A DNA stretch of 63,924 nucleotides, filler included. It is 6 parts of 6 records of this genome, joined end to end, with 100 filler letters (N's around TTAATTAATTAA, not from the genome) between each part and the next. Parts side by side here need not be neighbours in the genome. Positions count along the whole stretch, not along the records: positions 45,729 to 60,814 come from SRR20825010_2486; 5 more parts are not named here. One strand, given 5' to 3'. The notes beneath the pieces are model-generated. The model did not search any database and was not told the DNA's origin. It saw nothing but the letters and a program-made list of their open reading frames with translations. Positions 50,017 through 60,914 of this stretch are shown here, piece by piece (within the stretch, counting starts at the first letter, position 1; each line of letters begins with the position of its first letter). A program made the position numbers and the translations under genes.

Positions 50017-51276
50017 ATGGGTTTCGACCTTTTAGGACTGAGTGAACCAACAATGAAAGCCGTGAATGAGGCTGGCTATACAGAGCCAACACCCATTCAG
50101 GCACAAGCAATTCCGCAGGTTTTGATGGGGCGGGACGTGCTTGGCATCGCCCAGACAGGTACGGGCAAAACGGCTTCCTTTACCCTGCCGCTCATCGATA
50201 TCCTTTCTGAAGGCCGCGCTCGGGCTCGTATGCCGCGCTGTCTGATCCTCGAGCCAACGCGCGAGCTTGCAGCTCAAGTTTCCGAAAGCTTTGAGAAATA
50301 TGGCAAAGGGCACAAGCTCACCATGGCGCTTCTCATTGGCGGCGTAAACTTTGCCGATCAGGAAAAGCTGCTGGATCGCGGTGTTGACGTGCTGATCGCA
50401 ACACCTGGCCGGCTGCTTGACCATTTCGAGCGCGGCAAGCTGCTGCTCACCGGCATCGATATCCTCGTTGTTGATGAAGCCGACCGTATGCTCGACATGG
50501 GCTTCATCCCGGATGTTGAAAAGATTTGTGAACGCATCACAAAAAATCACCAGACGCTTTTCTTCTCCGCGACCATGCCGCCACCAATTGAACGCCTTAC
50601 CAAGCAGTTCCTTGATGACCCCCGCGTGATCGAGGTGGCAAAGCCCTCTTCCGCAGCGCAGACCATCGAGCAAAAAGTTCTGTTTGTTGGCCCCCGCGAA
50701 AAACGTGTGGCCCTTCGTAAGCTGCTGAAAGAAGAGCCTATTAAAAACGGCATCATCTTCTGTAACCGTAAGGTTGACGTAAAAGACGTGTATAATTCCC
50801 TCGCGCGTCACGGTTTCAACGTGGGCCAACTGCACGGTGATATGGAACAAAGCGAACGGCTTGAAGTTCTGCGCCAGTTCAAGGCAAATGAGCTTCAACT
50901 GCTTTGCGCTTCTGATGTTGCTGCCCGTGGTCTGGACATTGCAGACGTTAGCCACGTGTTTAACTTCGACGTACCAAGCCACGCGGAAGACTATGTACAC
51001 CGGATCGGCCGTACTGGTCGTGCAGGCCGTAAAGGTAAAGCCTTCACCATCGCGACAACTGGCAAAAACGATACGAAGTTTCTTGATGCTATTGAGAAAA
51101 TGCTCGGCAACAAGCTGCCCCGGCAAGAGAAGGTAGACCTGACGCCGCCAAAGCCGAAGGTTGCAGCTGACGACATGCCGAAAAAGCCATTTGTGGGCAT
51201 GGGCCCTCATATGCCAGCCTTTCTTGCGCGCCCTGTAGACCTGAGCCGCAGCAAAAGCGACGAACCAATCGCTTAA
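50017..51276 (+). CDS. DEAD-box RNA helicase (RhlE-like)
   Basis: Q motif, AQTGTGKT, PTRELA, DEADRM, SAT, HRIGRTGRAG. Confidence 0.95.
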   Translation: MGFDLLGLSEPTMKAVNEAGYTEPTPIQAQAIPQVLMGRDVLGIAQTGTGKTASFTLPLIDILSEGRARARMPRCLILEPTRELAAQVSESFEKYGKGHKLTMALLIGGVNFADQEKLLDRGVDVLIATPGRLLDHFERGKLLLTGIDILVVDEADRMLDMGFIPDVEKICERITKNHQTLFFSATMPPPIERLTKQFLDDPRVIEVAKPSSAAQTIEQKVLFVGPREKRVALRKLLKEEPIKNGIIFCNRKVDVKDVYNSLARHGFNVGQLHGDMEQSERLEVLRQFKANELQLLCASDVAARGLDIADVSHVFNFDVPSHAEDYVHRIGRTGRAGRKGKAFTIATTGKNDTKFLDAIEKMLGNKLPRQEKVDLTPPKPKVAADDMPKKPFVGMGPHMPAFLARPVDLSRSKSDEPIA

Positions 51277-51361
51277 GATCTACTGATACACCTCGCGCAC
51301 CTTGTCCCTGCCCCACTGGGCACTAGTTCATCAGGAATGGGACAAATGCGGGAGGAACCAC

Positions 51362-52150
51362 GTGTCAGAATTCAAAACGCTCATCTTGGAAATTGAAGAC
51401 GGTCTGGCGATCATTCGACTGAACCGACCAGAACGACTTAACGCCCTGAGTGTAGCGTTGAAGCAAGAGCTTCTTGCGGCCATTCGCCAGATTGCCAAAC
51501 CAGGCAGCGGCGTAAGAGCCCTGATGATCACCGGTGAAGGCCGCGCTTTCTGCTCCGGCGCAGATCTCGCGGAAGGTGGCATGAGCGCTGACCGTGATAT
51601 GGGCGCAAACCTCATTGAAACCTACCACCCCATCCTCCTTGAGCTCGTGGCCCTTGATATGCCGGTAATCTCTGCGGTAAACGGCGTGGCAGCGGGCGCC
51701 GGTATGAGCATCGCCATCTCTGCCGATATCGTGCTCGCCGCACGTTCCGCTTATTTCCTACAGGCTTTTGTCAACATCGGCTTGGTACCAGATGCAGGCA
51801 GCACCTACATCTTGCCTCGCCTGATCGGCAGTGCTCGCGCCCGCTCCATGATGATGCTCGGTGAACGTCTCCCTGCCGATAAAGCATTGGAGTGGGGCTT
51901 GGTCTATGACGTTGTGGATGACGACAAACTCGTAAGTGAAGCCCTCTCCCTCGGGAAACGTCTGGCAAGTGGCCCAACAATGGCCTTGTCTAGCATACGC
52001 AAACTGCTCGCTGACAGTGAGAACAGCAGCTATAGCGAACAACTAACCGCAGAGGCCGCAGCGCAGCGAAAAGCCGGGCGTTCCGAGGACTGTATCGAAG
52101 GTGTCATGGCGTTTATCGAAAAACGTGAAGCCCGCTTTAAGGGCCACTGA
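51362..52150 (+). CDS. Crotonase family enoyl-CoA hydratase/isomerase, PaaG-like
   Basis: GGGAGG RBS plus GTG start; FCSGADL, VNGVAAGAG, FLQAFVNIGLVPDAG. Confidence 0.88.
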   Translation: MSEFKTLILEIEDGLAIIRLNRPERLNALSVALKQELLAAIRQIAKPGSGVRALMITGEGRAFCSGADLAEGGMSADRDMGANLIETYHPILLELVALDMPVISAVNGVAAGAGMSIAISADIVLAARSAYFLQAFVNIGLVPDAGSTYILPRLIGSARARSMMMLGERLPADKALEWGLVYDVVDDDKLVSEALSLGKRLASGPTMALSSIRKLLADSENSSYSEQLTAEAAAQRKAGRSEDCIEGVMAFIEKREARFKGH

Positions 52151-52270
52151 CCGGACATTTTGAGCCAATTCATATCGGGTGTCGCCAAATCGCCACTTTT
52201 CATTTCTATTCGGGGGCGTTACATAGAATGAATACTAACGAGAACATAACGGCAACAAAGGCATTCATTT

Positions 52271-53056
52271 GTGCGGAACCCCCTTGCATTAGTCGGCCAG
52301 ATATTTCTGTCGGCCCTGGCAGAGATCGGCAAACTGTCCCGTTTTGCGGGAACGGCTATCTACAGCCTTGCCATGCCGCCCATATATTGGCGTCATATCC
52401 TCAAACAGATGTGGCTTATCGGCTACAATAGCCTCCCTGTTGTTGGCCTCACGGCACTTTTCACAGGCGCCGCGCTCGCGCAGCAAATTTATGTGGGTGG
52501 AAGCCGATTTAACGCCGCTTCTGTGGTGCCCGGTGTTGTGGTTATCGCAATCGTGCGTGAGCTTGGTCCCGTACTTGGCGGCCTTATGGTTGCTGGCCGC
52601 GTTTCTAGCGCCATGGCGGCCGAGCTTGGGACCATGCGTGTGACAGAGCAGATCGATGCGTTGGTGACCCTCTCAACCGACCCGTTCAAATACCTCATCG
52701 CGCCTCGCCTTGTTGCTGCGGTGATCACCCTGCCCATCCTCGTGATAATTGCGAATATCATCGGTGTGCTCGGTGGCTTTCTGATTGGTACAGAGAGGCT
52801 GGACCTCAACGCAGCGACCTATCTGCAAGTGACAGCAGACTTTCTGGAACAGACAGATGTGATCTCATCCCTTGTTAAAGCCGCGGTTTTCGGCTTTTTC
52901 ATTGCGCTGATGGGCAGCTACCACGGCTACCATAGCCGAGGCGGCGCACAGGGCGTAGGAAAAGCAACCACCAACGCGGTCGTCTCCGCCTTCATCACCA
53001 TCTTGCTCGCGAACCTTATCATCACTGTGATCGTGTTTGGGGGGCGTGTGGCATGA
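52271..53056 (+). CDS. mlaE: MlaE family lipid ABC transporter permease
   Basis: RELGPVL, AELGTMRVTEQIDAL, GAQGVGKATT. Confidence 0.93.
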   Translation: MRNPLALVGQIFLSALAEIGKLSRFAGTAIYSLAMPPIYWRHILKQMWLIGYNSLPVVGLTALFTGAALAQQIYVGGSRFNAASVVPGVVVIAIVRELGPVLGGLMVAGRVSSAMAAELGTMRVTEQIDALVTLSTDPFKYLIAPRLVAAVITLPILVIIANIIGVLGGFLIGTERLDLNAATYLQVTADFLEQTDVISSLVKAAVFGFFIALMGSYHGYHSRGGAQGVGKATTNAVVSAFITILLANLIITVIVFGGRVA

Positions 53057-53829
53057 GTGGCTCTCCTATGATTCAGTTGGAAGACGTTCACAAAGGCTTC
53101 GGTGCCAAACAAGTGCTCAAGGGCATTGATCTCACGGTTACCAAAGGCCAGTCCGTTGTTATCATCGGCGGCTCAGGCACCGGGAAATCCGTCATGCTCA
53201 AATGTATTCTGGGCCTGTTGGAGCCTGATACAGGCACCATTCACGTGGACGGCAAGAATGTCACGCATCTTAAAGGTCGCGCCCGCAAGGAAGTTTTGAC
53301 CAAATTTGGCATGCTTTTCCAGGGTGCCGCGTTGTTTGATAGCCTGCCAGTATGGGAAAATGTGGCCTTTGGCCTCATCCAGGGTAAAGGCATGAACAAG
53401 CGCGATGCCCGCGAGATCGCGACCGAGAAACTGCGCCGTGTGGGCTTGTCGCCGGATGTGGGGCTATTATCCCCCGCAGAGCTCTCGGGTGGTATGCAGA
53501 AGCGTGTTGGCCTTGCCCGCGCTATCGCGAGCGAGCCGGAAATCATCTTTTTTGACGAGCCAACCACGGGCCTAGACCCCATTATGGCTGATGTGATCAA
53601 CGACCTTATCGTTGAATGTGTGCAAGACCTTGGTGCCACAACACTTTCCATCACTCATGACATGGCCAGCGCCCGCAAGATCGCAGACCGGATAGCCATG
53701 CTCTATCACGGGCAGATTATCTGGGAAGGCGCCAAAGATGAAATCGACCATTCAGGCAACGAGCATGTCGATCAGTTCATCAATGGCCGTGCACAAGGCC
53801 CGATCGAGATGGAAATACTGAAACTCTGA
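53053..53829 (+). CDS. mlaF: MlaF family ABC transporter ATPase
   Basis: GGSGTGKS, FQGAALFDS, LSGGMQKRVGLARA, DEPTTGLDP. Confidence 0.92.
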   Translation: MSGSPMIQLEDVHKGFGAKQVLKGIDLTVTKGQSVVIIGGSGTGKSVMLKCILGLLEPDTGTIHVDGKNVTHLKGRARKEVLTKFGMLFQGAALFDSLPVWENVAFGLIQGKGMNKRDAREIATEKLRRVGLSPDVGLLSPAELSGGMQKRVGLARAIASEPEIIFFDEPTTGLDPIMADVINDLIVECVQDLGATTLSITHDMASARKIADRIAMLYHGQIIWEGAKDEIDHSGNEHVDQFINGRAQGPIEMEILKL

Positions 53830-55199
53830 TGGCCAAGAAGCTCACATCATATGTTTGCACCGCCTGTGGCGCGGCCTATGTTCGCTGGCAAGGCAAGTGC
53901 GAGGAATGTGGTGGCTGGAATACGCTATCAGAGGAGAAAGCAGCTGTTTCCGGCGTGCCCAAAGGCCTATCTGGCAAAAAAGGCAGCCGCGTTTCCTTCG
54001 TATCGCTCGATACACCGCTCGATGAAGCTCCTCGCCTCCTGACCGGCATTGCGGAGTTTGACCGCGCGCTTGGCGGCGGTCTGGTACCCGGGAGCGCAAT
54101 CCTGATTGGCGGTGACCCGGGTATCGGCAAATCTACCATCCTTTTGCAGGCCATGGGCAAAATGGCCCTCAAGGGCGAAGACTGTGTCTATATCTCTGGC
54201 GAGGAAGCAACCGCACAGATTCAGATGCGTGCAAATCGCCTAGGCCTCAAGGGCGCGCCGCTTAAGCTCGGCTGCGAAACCAGCCTTCGCGATATTCTGA
54301 CCACGTTGGACGAAGGCAAGCCGCCCCGCGTTGTGGTTATTGATAGTATCCAGACGCTATTTGCAGACCATGTTGAATCTGCGCCAGGCACCGTCAGTCA
54401 GGTTCGCGTGTGCGCGCACGAACTCATCAGCTTCGCAAAACGCAAAGGCACCATCGTGCTGTTGGTCGGTCACGTTACCAAGGACGGCCAAATTGCCGGA
54501 CCGCGTGTTTTGGAGCATATGGTTGATACGGTGCTTTATTTTGAAGGCGACCGCGGCCACCAGTTCCGCATTCTGCGCGCCGTGAAAAATCGCTTTGGCG
54601 GCACCGACGAGATTGGTGTGTTTGAGATGACTGGCGCCGGGCTCAATGAGGTCACAAACCCTTCTGCGCTTTTCCTCGCGGATCACAATGCCCGAGAACC
54701 CGGTTCTGCAGTCTTTGCAGGCATTGAAGGTTCCCGCCCCGTCCTTGTAGAAATTCAGGCCCTTGTGGCACGCTCAAGCGCCGCCAACCCTCGCCGTGCG
54801 GTCGTTGGCTGGGATGGCGGCCGCCTTGCCATGGTACTTGCCGTATTAGATGCGCGCGCAGGGCTGGGCCTGGCCGGGTGCGATGTCTATCTCAATGTAG
54901 CAGGCGGCCTCAAGATCACCGAACCCGCTGCAGACCTTGCGGTTGCAGCTGCGCTGATCTCGAGCCTTTCCCAAACACCTGTGCCTGATGAAACCGTCGT
55001 GTTTGGTGAAATCAGCCTCTCAGGCGACGTGCGTAACGTCTCGCAGACAGAGGCGCGACTGAAAGAATCTGCAAAACTTGGCTTTACTGGTGCCCTCACA
55101 CCAAAAGTGAAGAAAAACCCGGTCAAAACAATCAAACAACAAACCATCGCCCGTGTCGGAGACCTGGTTGCACAGTTTTTCCCCCATGGGTTACCCTAA
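53829..55199 (+). CDS. radA: DNA repair protein RadA/Sms
   Basis: C4 zinc finger, GDPGIGKST, KNRFG, Lon-like C-terminal domain. Confidence 0.96.
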   Translation: MAKKLTSYVCTACGAAYVRWQGKCEECGGWNTLSEEKAAVSGVPKGLSGKKGSRVSFVSLDTPLDEAPRLLTGIAEFDRALGGGLVPGSAILIGGDPGIGKSTILLQAMGKMALKGEDCVYISGEEATAQIQMRANRLGLKGAPLKLGCETSLRDILTTLDEGKPPRVVVIDSIQTLFADHVESAPGTVSQVRVCAHELISFAKRKGTIVLLVGHVTKDGQIAGPRVLEHMVDTVLYFEGDRGHQFRILRAVKNRFGGTDEIGVFEMTGAGLNEVTNPSALFLADHNAREPGSAVFAGIEGSRPVLVEIQALVARSSAANPRRAVVGWDGGRLAMVLAVLDARAGLGLAGCDVYLNVAGGLKITEPAADLAVAAALISSLSQTPVPDETVVFGEISLSGDVRNVSQTEARLKESAKLGFTGALTPKVKKNPVKTIKQQTIARVGDLVAQFFPHGLP

Positions 55200-55288
55200 G
55201 CCACTATAGTATTTGATATGTGATTTGCCTTATAATTGGCGAATTGACGCCCCATATCTGAAGTTGAAAAGCCTAAGGAGTGACGTGA

Positions 55289-55966
55289 GTGAACTTGTCG
55301 AGCAATACGCTAACAGCCTTTGATGCTGCGGTGCTGATCATCATTGGCCTGTCGACACTGTTCGCATTTGGCCGAGGCTTCGCCACAGTGGCCCTGTCTT
55401 TTGGCGCCTGGGCAGGCGCTTTGCTTGCAACTGTGTTCGGGTTTGAACTTGCCAAGTCCTACGGCCGCGACATTATCAGCCCACCAGAGCTTGCTGACCT
55501 CATCACCCTCGCTGTTATCTTCTTCGTCACCCTTTTTGTGCTCAAACAGGTTGCCGAGTTTATTGGCGGCATGGTGAAAGACAGCCCCGTCGGTCTGCTG
55601 GACCGTTCACTTGGGGCATTGTTTGGCCTATTGCGCGGCGTTGTTATTGTTTCCGTCATTTATCTCGGTTTCGACAAACTCTTCCCGTCTTCTAGCCAGC
55701 CTGACTGGATCAAGGAGGCGCGTCTGAAGCCGCTTGTTGCCTGGTCAGCCGGTATGATCGAAGGTTTTGCGGGTGAGGCCATGGGCAAAGACCCCACCGG
55801 GGTTGGCAGCGACTATCTACAAAAAGCAGCCGATTCTGTGCCAAGCCAGTTCATCAATGAAAAGCTTGAAGAACAGGCCGCCAAATATATTGAGGAACAA
55901 CGCGACCAGCTTGACGACCTCGTTGGCGAGCTCGCGAAAGAGAAAAAGAAGAATGACGGAAACTGA
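55289..55966 (+). CDS. cvpA: CvpA family membrane protein
   Basis: DRSLGALFGLLRG motif; canonical position upstream of purF. Confidence 0.88.
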   Translation: MNLSSNTLTAFDAAVLIIIGLSTLFAFGRGFATVALSFGAWAGALLATVFGFELAKSYGRDIISPPELADLITLAVIFFVTLFVLKQVAEFIGGMVKDSPVGLLDRSLGALFGLLRGVVIVSVIYLGFDKLFPSSSQPDWIKEARLKPLVAWSAGMIEGFAGEAMGKDPTGVGSDYLQKAADSVPSQFINEKLEEQAAKYIEEQRDQLDDLVGELAKEKKKNDGN

Positions 55967-56095
55967 CACCACTTAGCTGTGTCTTTTTACCGCAATATTT
56001 CTGTAATTCTGAATTATCCCTAGGCAGCGAGGCCATCAGGCGATATACGGGGCGGGCAACATCACCTTTGCGCCCCGTTTATGCAGGAATGACGA

Positions 56096-57577
56096 ATGAC
56101 AACAGAGCATCCGGATTTCACCACCAATCCATTTGATGACGACAAATTACGCGAAGAATGCGGCGTTTTTGGCATCTTCGGCACCCCAGATGCCACGGCA
56201 CACTGTACGCTCGGGCTACACGCCCTGCAGCACCGCGGCCAAGAAGCCGCCGGCATTACAGCTTTTGATGGCGAAAACTTCTCTACCAAACGCGTTCTTG
56301 GCCATGTTGCCGATAACTTTACCAGCAAAGAAGTGATCGAGAGCCTGCCTGGCCACGCAGCCATCGGCCACACACGCTACTCAACAACAGGTGACACGGT
56401 CCTCCGGAACTGCCAGCCTTTGTTCGCAGAGTTTTCATCCGGCGGTTTTGCCGTTGCCCACAACGGTAACCTCACCAACGCAGCGCACCTCCGAAAATCG
56501 CTGGTGCAGCGCGGCTCTATCTTCCAAAGCACGTCAGATTCAGAGGTGATTATTCACCTTATCGCCATGAGCCGCTACCGCACACTGATGGACCGCTTTA
56601 TTGATGCGCTCCGTCAGATTGAAGGTGCCTATTCGCTTGTGTCACTCACCAAAGAAGGCCTTGTTGGTGTGCGAGACCCGATGGGTGTTCGCCCGCTCGT
56701 GCTTGGCAAACTCGATGACGCCTATATCATGTGCTCGGAAACCTGTGCACTTGATATCATTGGCGCGGATTATGTGCGTGATATTGAACCCGGCGAGCTT
56801 GTGGTTATCACAGAAGAAGGCATCACGAGCCACAAACCTTTTCCTGAGGAAAAGCCGCGCCCTTGCATCTTTGAGCATGTCTATTTCGCGCGCCCGGATA
56901 GCTATATGGACAGCATGAACGTCTATGAAGTTCGCAAGCGCATTGGTGCGGAACTGGCCCGCGAAAACGGGATTGATGCTGACCTCGTGATCCCCGTGCC
57001 GGATAGTGGCACACCTGCTGCGATCGGTTACGCGCAGGAAAGTGGCATCCCATTTGAGCTCGGCATCATTCGTAACCACTATGTGGGCCGTACGTTCATT
57101 GAGCCAAGCGACCAAATTCGCCACTTTGGAGTGAAGCTGAAGCACAACGCCAACCGGTGGCACATTCAGGGTAAGCGTATCATCCTGGTTGACGACAGTA
57201 TCGTACGCGGCACTACGTCCATGAAGATCGTGAATATGATGCGGGAGGCCGGGGCCACTGAGGTGCATATGCGCATTGCATCACCACCAACGGCACATAG
57301 CTGCTTTTATGGTGTTGATACACCGGAGCGGAAGAAGCTTCTCGCGGCCCGCATGGACATTGACGCCATGCGCGAGCATATCGGCGCAGATTCTCTGGCG
57401 TTTCTCTCAATTGACGGCCTGTATCACGCGGTAAACCAGCCCAATGGGCGGGACAATAAATGCCCGGCCTACTGCGACGCCTGCTTTACCGGTGACTATC
57501 CGACCGTGTTGACTGACCAGTCTGAAGCTGAAAAAGACGACAACCAACTCGACCTCATCGCGTCTACAGGGGCTTAA
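56096..57577 (+). CDS. purF: Amidophosphoribosyltransferase
   Basis: EECGVFG, LQHRGQE, GHTRYST, PVPDSG, VDDSIVRGTT. Confidence 0.97.
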   Translation: MTTEHPDFTTNPFDDDKLREECGVFGIFGTPDATAHCTLGLHALQHRGQEAAGITAFDGENFSTKRVLGHVADNFTSKEVIESLPGHAAIGHTRYSTTGDTVLRNCQPLFAEFSSGGFAVAHNGNLTNAAHLRKSLVQRGSIFQSTSDSEVIIHLIAMSRYRTLMDRFIDALRQIEGAYSLVSLTKEGLVGVRDPMGVRPLVLGKLDDAYIMCSETCALDIIGADYVRDIEPGELVVITEEGITSHKPFPEEKPRPCIFEHVYFARPDSYMDSMNVYEVRKRIGAELARENGIDADLVIPVPDSGTPAAIGYAQESGIPFELGIIRNHYVGRTFIEPSDQIRHFGVKLKHNANRWHIQGKRIILVDDSIVRGTTSMKIVNMMREAGATEVHMRIASPPTAHSCFYGVDTPERKKLLAARMDIDAMREHIGADSLAFLSIDGLYHAVNQPNGRDNKCPAYCDACFTGDYPTVLTDQSEAEKDDNQLDLIASTGA

Positions 57578-57580
57578 TCT

Positions 57581-58318
57581 ATGAGTAAAATTCTTGAAGG
57601 GCGCCGGGCGCTAATCACCGGTGCATCCCGCGGTATTGGAAAAGCAGTTGCGCTCGCACTCGCCGACGCCGGTGCTGATATTATCGCCATTGCCCGCGCG
57701 CGCAGCCAAGGCGCCCTTGAAGAACTGGATGATGCTATCAAAGCCAAAGGCCGGAGCTGTACGCTTGTGCCGATGGACCTTAGGGATGGCGACGCAATCG
57801 ACCGGCTTGGCGGTGCTATTTTTGAGCGTTGGGGGAAATTGGATATCCTGATTGGCAGCGCGGCTGTTCTCGGCCCCATCTCTCCACTCGGACACGTCAC
57901 CGTAAAAGACTGGGCCGAGCTGATGGACATCAACGTGACAGCCAATTGGCGGCTGATCAGGTCCATGGATCCACTTCTCAAGCAGTCCGATGCCGGGCGC
58001 GCCATTTTCGTAACTTCAGGCGCTGCGGGTAAACACAAACCTCACTGGGGCGGCTATGCAGTTACCAAAGCAGCACTTGAAGAACTCGCCTTAACCTATT
58101 CTGCTGAAAATAGAATATCAAACATTAGGGTCAACATGATTGACCCTGGCCCGATTGCCACGCACATGCGTGCCCGTGCGGTGCCCGGCGAAGATGCCAG
58201 CAAGCTTCCCCTGCCAGCAGACATTGCGCCCCTGTTTGTTGAGCTCGCTTCTCCAGCGTGCGAGAAATCCGGCGAACGCATCAGTTTCTATGACTGGGCA
58301 GGCATTAAACGCACCTGA
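57581..58318 (+). CDS. Short-chain dehydrogenase/reductase (YciK-like)
   Basis: TGASRGIG, YAVTK, DPGPIAT.MR. Confidence 0.9.
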   Translation: MSKILEGRRALITGASRGIGKAVALALADAGADIIAIARARSQGALEELDDAIKAKGRSCTLVPMDLRDGDAIDRLGGAIFERWGKLDILIGSAAVLGPISPLGHVTVKDWAELMDINVTANWRLIRSMDPLLKQSDAGRAIFVTSGAAGKHKPHWGGYAVTKAALEELALTYSAENRISNIRVNMIDPGPIATHMRARAVPGEDASKLPLPADIAPLFVELASPACEKSGERISFYDWAGIKRT

Positions 58319-58340
58319 GCATCGCGCCGCTTTGCTCGGG

Positions 58341-59333
58341 TTAATCTCTCTGGAAATCTTTTAGAAGACGCGCAACGGCGGATGATACCGTCATTTCTCC
58401 TGCGCGAACGGCGTTGGTCAATCCGCTCAAACTCGTTTTTACCGCAGGGTTACTGTAGAAATCAGACAACAGTCTGTCCCTGATTTGAGCATCAAGCCAC
58501 GTAAGGCGTTGCTCACGCCGCCGCGCTTCACGTTCCCCGCTCTCGCTCATGATGCGCCTGTGCTTCTCAATGCGCCCCCAAAGCTCCGGCACGCCCTCGC
58601 CCTTAAGGCCCGAACATGTAACAACAGGCGGATGCCAGCTAGGGCTCGCGTCAGTCAAGATGTGAAGCGCTGACTTATATTCGCGCACAGCCTGCTTGAG
58701 TTTTTCTGCGAAGATATCAGCTTTGTTGATCGCCACCATGTCGGCAAGCTCAAGGATACCCTTCTTGATGCCTTGAAGCTCGTCCCCAGCGCCCGGGAGC
58801 ATCAGAACCAGGAAGAAATCAACCATATCGGCCACCATGGTCTCAGACTGGCCCGTGCCCACAGTCTCCACGAGCACAGTGTCAAAACCCGCGGCCTCAA
58901 GCACGACTATCGTTTCCCTTGTGGCCCTCGCCACACCACCAAGAACACCTGAGCTTGGGCTTGGCCGAATAAACGCTTTCTCAGAGGCTGAAAGCTGCTC
59001 CATCCGGGTTTTATCACCCAGAATAGACCCGCCCGTGCGGCCGCTTGATGGATCGACAGCCAGAACGGCAACTTGGTGGCCCTCTGCAACCAACCACATA
59101 CCAAGATTTTCAATGAATGTGGATTTGCCCACGCCCGGCACACCGGAAATACCGACACGCTGAGCTTCGCCCGAATAAGGCAGCAGCTTGTGCAGCAGCG
59201 ACTGTGCTTTTTCCTGATGCGCAGGGTTACGGCTTTCGATCAAGGTGATCGCACGGCCAATAAACGCGCGATCACAAATGCGCACGCCCTCAAATAACTC
59301 ATCTACAGTTGGCTGCCTGACCGTCCCTGACAC
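58341..59333 (-). CDS. meaB: Methylmalonyl-CoA mutase-associated GTPase
   Basis: GVPGVGKST, AVDPSS, GDKTRM, ETVGTGQSE, GDELQGIKKG. Confidence 0.95.
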   Translation of the reverse strand: MSGTVRQPTVDELFEGVRICDRAFIGRAITLIESRNPAHQEKAQSLLHKLLPYSGEAQRVGISGVPGVGKSTFIENLGMWLVAEGHQVAVLAVDPSSGRTGGSILGDKTRMEQLSASEKAFIRPSPSSGVLGGVARATRETIVVLEAAGFDTVLVETVGTGQSETMVADMVDFFLVLMLPGAGDELQGIKKGILELADMVAINKADIFAEKLKQAVREYKSALHILTDASPSWHPPVVTCSGLKGEGVPELWGRIEKHRRIMSESGEREARRREQRLTWLDAQIRDRLLSDFYSNPAVKTSLSGLTNAVRAGEMTVSSAVARLLKDFQRD

Positions 59334-59341
59334 AAAGCCTC

Positions 59342-60814
59342 CTAAGCCACAGCCTGCTCGTAACCGAGCCGCTTGTTGAGTTTCTCAATCAACTCACCAG
59401 CCGCGTCGGCAATCACGGTCCCGGGCGGGAAGATAGCCTCCGCCCCCGCTTTATAAAGCGCGTCATAATCCTGTGGCGGGATAACACCACCTGCAACAAT
59501 CATGATGTCTTCACGGCCAAGCGCCTTCAGCTCCGCCTTAAGGGCTGGTACAAGCGTCAGATGCCCCGCCGCCAGTGAGGAGGCGCCGATGATATGCACA
59601 TCGTTCTCTACGGCCTGCCTAGCGGCTTCTGCGGGGGTTTGAAACAGCGGGCCGATGTCCACATCGAAGCCGAGGTCTGCAAAAGCAGAAGCAATGACTT
59701 TCTGGCCGCGGTCATGGCCATCCTGCCCCATTTTTGCGACAAGGATGCGGGGCCGGCGTCCATCTGCAGCTTCGAACTCATCGACAAGCGCATGAACGCG
59801 TTTCACCGCCGGGTTGTTCTTGCCAACTTCTGCCTTATAAACGCCTGTCACAGCCCTGATCTCCGCCTTGTGGCGTCCATAAATTTTCTCAAGCGCGTCG
59901 GTAATCTCACCAACAGTGGCTTTAGCTCGTGCCGCATCAATCGCAAGCGCAAGCAGGTTACCCTCGCCTCTTTCCGCTGCATTCGTCAAGGCATCAAGGG
60001 TCCGCGCCACGTCATCGCTATCTCGCTCGGCTTTCAGGCGCCTCAGCTTATCAAGCTGCGCAGCCCTTACCGCGCTGTTATCCACCTTCAGGACATCAAT
60101 GTCCTCAACCTCATCGAGCTGGTACTTATTGACGCCCACAACCGTCTGGCGTCCACTATCGATCCGCGCCTGCGTACGGGCCGCAGCATCCTCGATGCGG
60201 AGCTTGGGAATACCGGCCTCAATGGCCTTCGCCATGCCGCCCTGGGCTTCAACTTCCTGAATATGCGCCCATGCTTTAGCAGCGAGCTCCGCTGTCAGTT
60301 TTTCTACATAGTAGCTGCCGCCCCAAGGATCGATCACCCGGTTCGAACCGGTTTCCTGCTGAATGAAAAGCTGGGTATTCCGGGCAATGCGGGCTGAGAA
60401 ATCAGTCGGCAACGCAAGCGCTTCGTCCAATGCGTTCGTGTGCAAGCTTTGCGTGTGCCCGTGCGCAGCTGCAAAAGCCTCAATGCACGTACGGCTGATG
60501 TTATTGTATACATCTTGAGCAGTCAGTGACCAGCCTGAGGTCTGGCAATGGGTACGTAAGGAGAGTGATTTGGGATTCTTCGGCTCAAACTGCTTCACGA
60601 GCTTGGCCCACAGCATGCGCGCAGCACGCATTTTGGCCACTTCCATGAAATAATTCATGCCAATTGCCCAAAAGAAGCTGAGACGCGGAGCAAAAGCATC
60701 CACGTCCATGCCAGCTTCAATGCCAGCCCGGATATATTCCACACCATCAGCTAGCGTATATGCCAGCTCAAGATCAGCCGTCGCACCCGCTTCCTGCATG
60801 TGATAGCCGGAGAT
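59342..60814 (-). CDS. scpA: Methylmalonyl-CoA mutase, 5'-truncated
   Basis: [26 protein letters not shown]12-binding GQDGHDRG. Confidence 0.96.
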   Translation of the reverse strand: MSGYHMQEAGATADLELAYTLADGVEYIRAGIEAGMDVDAFAPRLSFFWAIGMNYFMEVAKMRAARMLWAKLVKQFEPKNPKSLSLRTHCQTSGWSLTAQDVYNNISRTCIEAFAAAHGHTQSLHTNALDEALALPTDFSARIARNTQLFIQQETGSNRVIDPWGGSYYVEKLTAELAAKAWAHIQEVEAQGGMAKAIEAGIPKLRIEDAAARTQARIDSGRQTVVGVNKYQLDEVEDIDVLKVDNSAVRAAQLDKLRRLKAERDSDDVARTLDALTNAAERGEGNLLALAIDAARAKATVGEITDALEKIYGRHKAEIRAVTGVYKAEVGKNNPAVKRVHALVDEFEAADGRRPRILVAKMGQDGHDRGQKVIASAFADLGFDVDIGPLFQTPAEAARQAVENDVHIIGASSLAAGHLTLVPALKAELKALGREDIMIVAGGVIPPQDYDALYKAGAEAIFPPGTVIADAAGELIEKLNKRLGYEQAVA

Positions 60815-60914
60815 NNNNNNNNNNNNNNNNNNNNNNNNNNNNNNNNNNNNNNNNNNNNTTAATTAATTAANNNNNNNNNNNNNNNNNNNNNNNNNNNNNN
60901 NNNNNNNNNNNNNN
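60815..60914. other. Artificial contig linker
   Basis: 44 N + TTAATTAATTAA + 44 N. Confidence 0.98.

Noticed and set aside
52271-60814. mlaE-mlaF without mlaD in the radA-cvpA-purF run, and the meaB-mutase pair
   Set aside because: These are ordinary conserved alphaproteobacterial gene orders.
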